A model generated the notes under the pieces. That model had not been told where the DNA came from. It saw nothing but the letters and a program-made list of their open reading frames with translations, and did no database searches. The position numbers and the translations under genes were made by a program. A DNA stretch of 64,000 nt, from the NCBI GenBank assembly GCA_026392935.1, contig JAPLBE010000013.1, forward strand, positions 22,865-86,864, given 5' to 3'. The first letter of the stretch is position 1. Every line of letters starts with the position of its first letter. This document shows, piece after piece, positions 30,555 through 38,065 of the stretch. Source of the stretch: Actinomycetota bacterium (lineage in GTDB: Bacteria; Actinomycetota; Actinomycetes; Nanopelagicales; Nanopelagicaceae).

Positions 30555-31994
30555 ATGCGTCGCGCGAAAATTGTTTGCACAATGGGTCCAGCGGTCGATT
30601 CTCCAGAGAAAATTAAGGAGCTCATTACAGCTGGCATGGATATGGCGCGCCTGAACCTTTCACATGGTTCTTATGACGAGCACCAAGCTCGACTGGATAA
30701 CGTACGGGCAGCATCGAAGGCTGCAGGTAAAGCAGTTGCAGTACTCGTTGATCTGCAAGGTCCAAAGATTCGCTTGGCACGTTTTGAGAACGGACCCCAC
30801 GATCTTGCTCGTGGAGATATTTTTACAATCACTACCGATGATGTTCCAGGTACTAAAGAACGTGTGGGAACAACGTATAAAGGTCTTCCCGGAGATTGCA
30901 AAGCTGGCGATCGCATTCTCATCGATGACGGCAAGGTGACTGTCGAAGTAGTCGAAGTCATAGGCAACGATGTAATTACCAAGTGCATTCAGCCAGGTGC
31001 AGTAAGCAATAACAAAGGCATTAACTTGCCAGGTGTTGCAGTCTCAGTGCCTGCTATGTCTGAAAAAGATGAAGATGACCTGCGTTGGGGACTTCGTGCC
31101 GGTGCAGATTTCATCGCACTATCTTTTGTGCGAAATGCGGCAGATGTAAAGGATGTACACGCAATCATGGACGAAGTCGGTATCCGTGTTCCTGTTATTG
31201 CAAAAATTGAAAAGCCACAGGCGGTAGAAAATCTCTCCGAAATCGTTGCCGCATTCGACGGCATCATGGTTGCACGTGGCGATCTTGGTGTTGAACTTCC
31301 AATTGAAGATGTACCAATGGTCCAAAAGCGTTGCGTAGAACTCTCTCGCGACGCGGCTAAGCCAGTTATTGTTGCTACTCAGATGCTTGATTCGATGATT
31401 ACAAATTCTTCGCCTACTCGCGCAGAAGCAACCGATTGTGCAAATGCAGTGCTGGATGGCGCAGATGCACTGATGCTTTCTGGCGAAACCTCTATTGGCG
31501 AGTTTGCAATTCAAGCGGTAGAGACTATGGCGCGCATTATCGAGCGCACTGAAGAACTTGGTCTCGATCGAATCCGCCCATTAACAAATAATCCACGCAC
31601 CAAGGGTGGTGCAATTACGAAAGCCGCCGCAGAGGTTGGTCATATTCTCGGCGTGAAGTACTTGGTAACTTTCACTCAGTCGGGTGATTCAGCTCGTCGT
31701 ATCTCCAGGCTTCGTTCGGAAATTCCAATTCTTGCAATCACTCCTGAAGTTGGAACCTATAACCGACTTGCTCTCTCATGGGGCATCGAACCAATGTTGA
31801 CGCCGATGGTGAAGCACACTGATGAGATGGTTCTTCAAGCAGACAAGATGTTGATCGAAGGTAAGCGTGCGGATATTGGTGAATCAGTAATGATTGTCGC
31901 CGGCTCGCCTCCGGGAATCCCGGGATCTACAAATGCGATGCGTGTTCACAGGGTGGGCGATGCGGTAAACGGCGTAGTTGCTGCGTACCGTTGA
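30555..31994 (+). CDS. pyk: Pyruvate kinase
   Basis: 479-aa ORF. RRAKIVCTMGPA and MVARGDLGVE motifs. Confidence 0.96.
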   Translation: MRRAKIVCTMGPAVDSPEKIKELITAGMDMARLNLSHGSYDEHQARLDNVRAASKAAGKAVAVLVDLQGPKIRLARFENGPHDLARGDIFTITTDDVPGTKERVGTTYKGLPGDCKAGDRILIDDGKVTVEVVEVIGNDVITKCIQPGAVSNNKGINLPGVAVSVPAMSEKDEDDLRWGLRAGADFIALSFVRNAADVKDVHAIMDEVGIRVPVIAKIEKPQAVENLSEIVAAFDGIMVARGDLGVELPIEDVPMVQKRCVELSRDAAKPVIVATQMLDSMITNSSPTRAEATDCANAVLDGADALMLSGETSIGEFAIQAVETMARIIERTEELGLDRIRPLTNNPRTKGGAITKAAAEVGHILGVKYLVTFTQSGDSARRISRLRSEIPILAITPEVGTYNRLALSWGIEPMLTPMVKHTDEMVLQADKMLIEGKRADIGESVMIVAGSPPGIPGSTNAMRVHRVGDAVNGVVAAYR

Positions 31995-32042
31995 TTTCGA
32001 ATTTCAAATACAAGCCTTTCTTCGCATACGATAGGGGAGTAC

Positions 32043-32115
32043 GCCTCGGTACTCCAACGGTAGAGAGGGCAGTCTCAAACACTGCATAGTGTCGGTTCGA
32101 ATCCGACTCGAGGCA
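32043..32115 (+). tRNA. 73-nt tRNA with anticodon CAA (Leu by the code) but a 5-nt class-I variable loop; isotype uncertain
   Basis: Hand fold. Acceptor GCCUCGG/UCGAGGC. U8. D stem CUC(C)/(A)GAG with GG in the loop. Anticodon stem GCAGU/ACUGC with loop CU-CAA-AC. Variable loop AUAGU. T arm GUCGG-UUCGAAU-CCGAC. Discriminator A. CCA is not encoded. Confidence 0.75.
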
Positions 32116-32116
32116 C

Positions 32117-32716
32117 ATGAGCAAAGACGCCACAGCGAATTCACCAGTGCGCATTCTCGTCGCCGAGGATGAAGCGCTCATTCGTATGGATTTAGTCGAG
32201 ATGCTAGAAGAAGCCGGTTATCAAGTTATCGCCCAAGCAACTAACGGTGAAGAAGCGATTGCGCTAGCAACTGAACATCAACCAGATCTGGCAATTCTTG
32301 ATGTGAAAATGCCAGTCCTTGATGGAATTTCAGCAGCAGAAAAAATAATTTCAATCGCACCAGTATTAATGCTCACCGCATTTAGCCAACGAGAACTTGT
32401 CGATCGCGCACGAGATGCAGGTGTTATGGCATATGTAGTAAAACCATTCACTATCGGAGACTTAATTCCAGCTATTGAAATCGCAATCAGCAGACATACG
32501 CAAATGCGTTCGTTGGCCGAAGAAGTTGCAGACCTTCACGAACGACTTGAAACAAGGAAAATCATTGATAGAGCAAAGGGAATATTGATGAAGGCCCTCA
32601 ATCTCTCTGAACCTGAAGCTTTTTCATGGATTCAAAGGGCTGCCATGGACCGTAGATTGACCATGAAAGAGGTCGCTCAAGCAGTCATCTCCCCAGAGGC
32701 CGCCCTCGATAAATAG
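32117..32716 (+). CDS. pdtaR: Response regulator with an ANTAR RNA-binding output domain (PdtaR-like)
   Basis: REC domain (RILVAEDEALIRMDL, DVKMP) plus ANTAR (RKIIDRAKGILM...AFSWIQRAAMDRRLTMKEVA). GTG 32147 is an alternative start. Confidence 0.9.
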   Translation: MSKDATANSPVRILVAEDEALIRMDLVEMLEEAGYQVIAQATNGEEAIALATEHQPDLAILDVKMPVLDGISAAEKIISIAPVLMLTAFSQRELVDRARDAGVMAYVVKPFTIGDLIPAIEIAISRHTQMRSLAEEVADLHERLETRKIIDRAKGILMKALNLSEPEAFSWIQRAAMDRRLTMKEVAQAVISPEAALDK

Positions 32717-32862
32717 GTCAAAACTGCGCAGTTTCGTAATCAAAAAGTAACCTCTTAAGCGCGGAAAAGGACCTTTCCGTCTTGTCTCAACTAGGGGTTG
32801 AGCATTACGATTGCGGCTTCCCTGTCCCGGGACACATGAAAGACAAAACAGGAAGGCAATAC

Positions 32863-34014
32863 ATGAACAAGAAGATCGTAAGCGGCTTCGCAATTGCCGC
32901 TGCTGCAACACTTGCACTTGGTGCAGTTGCAACGGCTCCAGCGAACGCAGCAGGTAAGAAGGAAGTAACACTTGCATTCCAGGGTCCTCTAACAGGTCCT
33001 GATGCACAGCTTGGCCAGGATCAGTTCCCTGGCGCGCAGTGGGCAATCGAGCTCTACAACGCGACAAATCCAAAGACAAAAGTAAAGCTCATCAAAGCTG
33101 ACTCACAGTGCGATGGAACAGTTGCTGCAAACATCGCTCCTGGTGTTGCTGCAAACAAGGCTGTTATTGGCGTTATCGGAACATCATGTTCTGGTGAAGC
33201 ACGTAACTCATTCCCTGCATACCGTGCAGGCGGACTCACAATGGTTGCTCCTTCAGCATCTGCAGTTTCACTAACAGATCCAAAGGCACCAGATCGTGGA
33301 TTCCCAATCTTCCACCGCGTCGTTGCACACGATGGATTCCAGGCACCAGCGCTAGTTCGCTACGCAACAAAGGGTGTTACAGGTCCAAAGATCTACCTAG
33401 TTGACGATCAGACAACATACGGTGCAGGACTTATCAAGTACGCAATGGCACCGGCTAAGAAGCTTGGCGTTGTTGGTACAGATTCTGTTCCACGCGGAAC
33501 TGCTGACTGGACATCTGTTGCATCAAAGGTGAAGTCAGCTGGAGCAAACGTTGTAATCTACGGTGGATACACAGTAGAAGCAGCTAAGTTCTTCAAGGCT
33601 CTTCGTGATGGTGGATACACAGGCATCCTCGCAGCTGGAGATGGTGTTAACACATCAGACTTCCCAGAACTAGCAGGTAAGGCAGCAGAAGGCGTTCGTC
33701 TCACTGCAGCTGATGTTCCTTTCGAGAACCTCCTTACTAAGGATGAGCTCGCATCATTTACTAAGGTCACAGGAGTTAAGGTTCCAGGACTTTACTCAAC
33801 AACTGCTTACAACGCAGCACGTGTATTCCTAACCTGTATTGAACAGGGCAAGCTCACACGTTCAGCTATTCAGCTCTGTGTTAACTCAAGCACCTTCAAG
33901 GGTGCAGGCGGATCATCAATCAAGTTCAACCGTTATGGAGACATCATCGGTGGAGCTGACGTCGGTGGTTACCTTGTAAAGAACGGAAAGATTGGTTACG
34001 ACGCAATTGCTTAA
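32863..34014 (+). CDS. ABC transporter substrate-binding protein of the Leu/Ile/Val-binding (LivK/BraC) family, secreted
   Basis: ATG 32863 is preceded by AGGAAGG. Signal peptide MNKKIVSGFAIAAAATLALGAVATAPANA. Type-1 periplasmic binding fold. Followed by livHMGF. The ORF-track start at 32782 is rejected. Substrate is not determinable. Confidence 0.8.
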   Translation: MNKKIVSGFAIAAAATLALGAVATAPANAAGKKEVTLAFQGPLTGPDAQLGQDQFPGAQWAIELYNATNPKTKVKLIKADSQCDGTVAANIAPGVAANKAVIGVIGTSCSGEARNSFPAYRAGGLTMVAPSASAVSLTDPKAPDRGFPIFHRVVAHDGFQAPALVRYATKGVTGPKIYLVDDQTTYGAGLIKYAMAPAKKLGVVGTDSVPRGTADWTSVASKVKSAGANVVIYGGYTVEAAKFFKALRDGGYTGILAAGDGVNTSDFPELAGKAAEGVRLTAADVPFENLLTKDELASFTKVTGVKVPGLYSTTAYNAARVFLTCIEQGKLTRSAIQLCVNSSTFKGAGGSSIKFNRYGDIIGGADVGGYLVKNGKIGYDAIA

Positions 34015-34054
34015 TGCAATCGCATCATAATAAGTCTCTCAATATGAAGTAAGG

Positions 34055-34095
34055 CGTGGCCACATTTGCACTAAGGTGCGAGTGTGGCCACGTTT
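34055..34095 (+). terminator. Intrinsic terminator or attenuator after the binding-protein gene
   Basis: CGTGGCCACA..(inner GCAC/GTGC)..TGTGGCCACG, a 10-bp GC-rich stem followed by TTTCAT. Confidence 0.6.
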
Positions 34096-34130
34096 CATAA
34101 CTCTTATTCCAGTTCAACAGATCGGTTGAT

Positions 34131-35084
34131 ATGAATTTCTCAGTAGTAACCTCTCAATTTTGGTCACTAGCTCTGCAAGGGCTAGCACTGGGCCTTATCT
34201 ACTCTCTTGTCTCCCTCGGATACACCATGGTGTACGGGGTATTGAGACTCATTAACTTTGCTAACTCTGAAGTATTTATGCTCGGAACCTTTACGGTCGT
34301 TTGGATCGAAATTCATTTCTTGAACCATCCGGTCGCGTCAGAACCTCTGACCGGAATTGAGTTGATTTACACGCTAGTCATTGCCCTTGTCGGCTCCATG
34401 ATTGCATGTGCAGTCCTTGCGGTCCTCGTTGAGATAGTTGCTTACCGACGCCTTCGATCACGAGGAGCAAGTCGTCTTGCATCCCTAATCTCCGCGATTG
34501 GCGTCTCGATCTTCCTGATGGAATCCATGCGCATGTACACCGAGTCTCGTCCACAAACAGCGCCACGACTTCTTGAAAAGTGGAGCTTCGGTGAGATTGC
34601 AGGAGCTAATTTCCGCATCGATACTATGTTGGCAATTGTTGCACCAATCATTATCTTCGTCATTCTTGACCGGTTTGTAACTAAATCTCGACTTGGAAAG
34701 GCTATTCGTGCCGTATCCATGTCTGAGGAGAATGCAAAGTTGATGGGAATCGATATCAACCGAGTAATTTCAATGACATTCTTGATCGGCGGACTTACAA
34801 CGGGTGCTGCAGCGTTCCTCTACACAACGGTTTACGAGAACACTGTGTTCAACGTTGGCTTCAATATGGGTATCGCTGCATTTACAGCAGCCGTGCTCGG
34901 CGGAATCGGCAACCTGAGAGGTGCCTTCTATGGCGGCTTGGCACTTGGAATGCTTGAACAATTTGCATCGGCAATTCTTGGTTCTCAATGGAAGGCTGTA
35001 ACTGTCTTCGTTGTTCTTGTACTAGTTCTTCTATTCAAGCCTAGCGGTCTCTTCGGAGAAGCAGTTCAGCAGACGAGGACATGA
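34131..35084 (+). CDS. livH: Branched-chain amino acid ABC transporter permease (LivH family)
   Basis: 317-aa polytopic ORF of the LivH/BraD type. Confidence 0.88.
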   Translation: MNFSVVTSQFWSLALQGLALGLIYSLVSLGYTMVYGVLRLINFANSEVFMLGTFTVVWIEIHFLNHPVASEPLTGIELIYTLVIALVGSMIACAVLAVLVEIVAYRRLRSRGASRLASLISAIGVSIFLMESMRMYTESRPQTAPRLLEKWSFGEIAGANFRIDTMLAIVAPIIIFVILDRFVTKSRLGKAIRAVSMSEENAKLMGIDINRVISMTFLIGGLTTGAAAFLYTTVYENTVFNVGFNMGIAAFTAAVLGGIGNLRGAFYGGLALGMLEQFASAILGSQWKAVTVFVVLVLVLLFKPSGLFGEAVQQTRT

Positions 35085-36127
35085 TGAGTAAATTATCTAA
35101 CTTCAATTTACGAGATACGGGCGCTGCAATCTGGGCTGGATGGAGTCGTCCTGTCAGAACTGTATTTGTCATTGCAGTAGTTGTGATTATCGGGCTTGTT
35201 CCATTTGCCCCAAAATGGGGGCCAACGAGCTTCCTCAATACCCCCATTACATCCTTTGAGAATGTACTGGTCTATCCAGTCGGCATGTTCGTATTAATGG
35301 CGCTCGGATTAAATATCGTTGTTGGTAAATCAGGTCTTCTCGATCTCGGTTACATCGCATTCTTTGCGATCGGTGCTTATACACAGGCAATCATGTCTAC
35401 TTTGCACGGATGGAATACCTGGGAAATTCTTCCCTTCGGAATCATGTTTGCAATGCTTTCAGGAGTGTTACTTGGATTGCCAGCTCTTCGCTTGCGCGGC
35501 GATTATCTTGCAATCATTACTCTGGGATTTGGTGAGATAGTTCGAATCGTCGCTCTCAACCTATCTGTGACAGGCGGACCTAACGGAATTGCTGGTATTC
35601 CTAATCCACCAACAATCTTTGGCTTTGAATTCAACTTGCTCTTCCCTGAACACTTCTTCTGGTTGGTTCTCTCGATGATCCTCTTGGTAATTTGGATGAT
35701 TCGTCGATTCACTGTGCGTCGTCCTGGACGTGCTTGGGAAGCCATTCGCCAAGATGAAGATGTGGCAGCGCTTATGGGCGTCAACACTCTCATCTATAAG
35801 CTCTGGTCCTTCGTGATCGGAGCAGCTGTTGCAGGTGCTGCTGGCGTAATTTATGCATCTAAGGTCATGGTTATCTCTCCCGATATGTTCAAATTCGATG
35901 TCTCTATTCTCATTTTGGCCTGCGTGGTCTTTGGTGGAATCGGAAATATTTGGGGCGTGGTTCTAGGAGCATCAATCCTTGCCTACCTACCAGAGAGAAT
36001 TCGATTTATCTCTGATGCAAGACAAGTTATCTTCGGCCTAGTGCTCATCATCATGATGAACCTTCGTCCAGACGGTCTGTTGCCGCGCAAGAAGCGAGAG
36101 AAGATTCAAGAGAAGAGGACGATGTAA
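35081..36127 (+). CDS. livM: Branched-chain amino acid ABC transporter permease (LivM family)
   Basis: ATGA overlap with livH. 348-aa polytopic ORF. Confidence 0.88.
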   Translation: MMSKLSNFNLRDTGAAIWAGWSRPVRTVFVIAVVVIIGLVPFAPKWGPTSFLNTPITSFENVLVYPVGMFVLMALGLNIVVGKSGLLDLGYIAFFAIGAYTQAIMSTLHGWNTWEILPFGIMFAMLSGVLLGLPALRLRGDYLAIITLGFGEIVRIVALNLSVTGGPNGIAGIPNPPTIFGFEFNLLFPEHFFWLVLSMILLVIWMIRRFTVRRPGRAWEAIRQDEDVAALMGVNTLIYKLWSFVIGAAVAGAAGVIYASKVMVISPDMFKFDVSILILACVVFGGIGNIWGVVLGASILAYLPERIRFISDARQVIFGLVLIIMMNLRPDGLLPRKKREKIQEKRTM

Positions 36128-36903
36128 TGTCAAAGAAACTCCTTGAACTCAAGAATGTCACAATTACTTTTGGTGGTGTAACTGCACTTAACGCCGTTGA
36201 TTTTCACGTTAACGAAGGTGAAATTTGTGCACTCATTGGACCAAACGGTGCAGGAAAGACAACGGTCTTTAACGTAGTAACTGGTGTCTACCCTGTAACT
36301 TCTGGCGACATAATTTTCCAAGGTACAAACCTCAAGGGATTGAAGCGCCACCAAGTAACAAAGTCAGGTTTGGCACGTACCTTCCAAAATGTTCGACTCT
36401 TCGGAGATATGACAGCTTTGGAAAACGTGCTTACCGCAACGGACGTTCATAAGAAGACCGGGCTTGTTCGTGCCCTCTTTGGCACACCATTGAATCGTCG
36501 CGAAGAGCGCGAGAGCAAGGCGCGCGCACATGAGCTTCTAGAGTTTATGGGTATTGATCACAGAGCTGATCAAATGGCGAAGAATCTTCCTTACGGTGAT
36601 CAACGTCGACTTGAGATCGCCCGCGCACTTGGTACGGAACCTAAGTTGGTCTTGCTCGATGAGCCAGCTGCCGGGTTTAACCCTGCAGAGAAGGTTGCAC
36701 TCGCTGAGACCATTAAGAAAATTCGTGATCGTGGATACACGGTGTTGCTGATTGAGCACGACATGTCTCTCATCATGGGAATCTCTGATCGTGTTGCAGT
36801 TCTGGACTTCGGTCAGAAGATTGCAGATGATCTTCCATCAGTCGTTCAAAATGACCCTCGAGTTATTGAGGCTTACCTAGGAGTGCCTGCAGATGCGTCT
36901 TGA
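36127..36903 (+). CDS. livG: Branched-chain amino acid ABC transporter ATPase (LivG family)
   Basis: TAATG overlap with livM. Walker A GPNGAGKTT, the LivG-specific region, LPYGDQRRLEIARAL and LLDEPAAG. Confidence 0.9.
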   Translation: MSKKLLELKNVTITFGGVTALNAVDFHVNEGEICALIGPNGAGKTTVFNVVTGVYPVTSGDIIFQGTNLKGLKRHQVTKSGLARTFQNVRLFGDMTALENVLTATDVHKKTGLVRALFGTPLNRREERESKARAHELLEFMGIDHRADQMAKNLPYGDQRRLEIARALGTEPKLVLLDEPAAGFNPAEKVALAETIKKIRDRGYTVLLIEHDMSLIMGISDRVAVLDFGQKIADDLPSVVQNDPRVIEAYLGVPADAS

Positions 36904-37612
36904 AATAAAGGATCTACGTGTTCACTACGGCAAGATTGAAGCGATTAAAGGTGTATCAGTCGTTGTAAACCAAGGTGAAATTGTCACACTCATCGGTGCT
37001 AATGGCGCAGGCAAGACAACAATTCTTAAGACAGTCTCAGGTCTTCGCCCTGTATCAAGCGGAGTGATTACATTTGATGGTGAAGACTTGAGTAAGGTTC
37101 CTGCGCACAAGCGTGTAGATCTTGGAATCTCTCAAGTTCCTGAAGGTCGCGGAATCTTCCCTGGTATGACAGTTCTTGAAAACCTAGAAATGGGTAAGTT
37201 CAATCGCAAAGATCGCAAGCACGAGATGGATGAAGACCTAGAGCGCGTGTATACATTGTTCCCACGTTTGAAGGAACGCACAGGCCAAGCTGGAGGAACA
37301 CTCTCTGGTGGTGAGCAGCAGATGCTTGCAATGGGTCGCGCATTGATGGCACGTCCTAAAGTTCTACTTCTCGATGAGCCTTCAATGGGTCTTGCGCCTC
37401 AGATGATTGCGAATATTTTTCGCATCATCACAGAGATTAATAAGCAGGGCGTAACAATTCTTCTTGTAGAGCAGAATGCACAGCAGGCGCTTCAGCGCGC
37501 AGACCGTGCATACATTCTTGAGACAGGAAACGTTACAAAGGAAGCAGCTGCCGCTGATTTACTGAACGATCCAGCGGTCCGCGAAGCTTATCTTGGAACA
37601 GGTGCTCACTAA
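36893..37612 (+). CDS. livF: Branched-chain amino acid ABC transporter ATPase (LivF family)
   Basis: Overlaps livG by 11 nt. GANGAGKTT, LSGGEQQMLAMGRAL and LLDEPSMGL. Confidence 0.9.
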   Translation: MRLEIKDLRVHYGKIEAIKGVSVVVNQGEIVTLIGANGAGKTTILKTVSGLRPVSSGVITFDGEDLSKVPAHKRVDLGISQVPEGRGIFPGMTVLENLEMGKFNRKDRKHEMDEDLERVYTLFPRLKERTGQAGGTLSGGEQQMLAMGRALMARPKVLLLDEPSMGLAPQMIANIFRIITEINKQGVTILLVEQNAQQALQRADRAYILETGNVTKEAAAADLLNDPAVREAYLGTGAH

Positions 37613-37620
37613 GTACGAAA

Positions 37621-38028
37621 TTAAGGATTAAGAATGAGGCAGGTTATGCGAGCAGTACAAGTTCGCTGACCTGCCTCGTTTGTTATTACGATCTCATAGA
37701 CACATAAAGTGCGACCCAGCGAAACAGGTGTGGCAACAGCAGTGACGTAACCACTTGTAGCTGATTTGTGGTGAGTTGCATTGATATCTACACCGACAAT
37801 TTTACGATCTGGACCGGCATGAAGTTGAGTTCCTATTGAACCAAGTGATTCCGCGAGAACAACATTGGCGCCACCATGTAAAAGTCCAATTGGCTGTGTA
37901 TTGCCTTCAACAGGCATACGTGCCACAAGTCGTTCGGGGGAGACTTCTAACATTTCGATACCCATCTTGATATCGAGGGCTCCTTGGCCGCGTTCTTTAA
38001 TGATTGCTAAGTAATCTGGCTGCGTCAT
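37621..38028 (-). CDS. PaaI/YbdB-type hotdog-fold thioesterase
   Basis: ORF 37621..38067 with GLLHGGA and a hotdog core. The preferred start is ATG 38028 (MTQPDYL...), because the longer form would overlap the polA start region. Confidence 0.75.
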   Translation of the reverse strand: MTQPDYLAIIKERGQGALDIKMGIEMLEVSPERLVARMPVEGNTQPIGLLHGGANVVLAESLGSIGTQLHAGPDRKIVGVDINATHHKSATSGYVTAVATPVSLGRTLCVYEIVITNEAGQRTCTARITCLILNP

Positions 38029-38065
38029 AGTTCGAAATAGTAACTTGTTACCTAAGATGAGCGCC

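Noticed and set aside
32030-32115. An attempt to fold the tRNA as a normal long-arm tRNA-Leu starting further upstream
   Set aside because: Only 5 nt separate the anticodon stem from the canonical GUCGG-UUCGAAU-CCGAC T arm. The only sequence complementary to the 3' acceptor strand starts at 32043. The minus-strand reading (anticodon UUG) lacks a proper T loop and D loop.
32763-32802. Tandem hairpins considered as a canonical ANTAR (PdtaR) target
   Set aside because: The loops are AGGACC (6 nt, no G at position 4) and TAGGG (5 nt), which do not fit the two-hexaloop A1/G4 rule. The second hairpin may lie in a promoter spacer and not in the mRNA. It is kept only as a low-interest finding.
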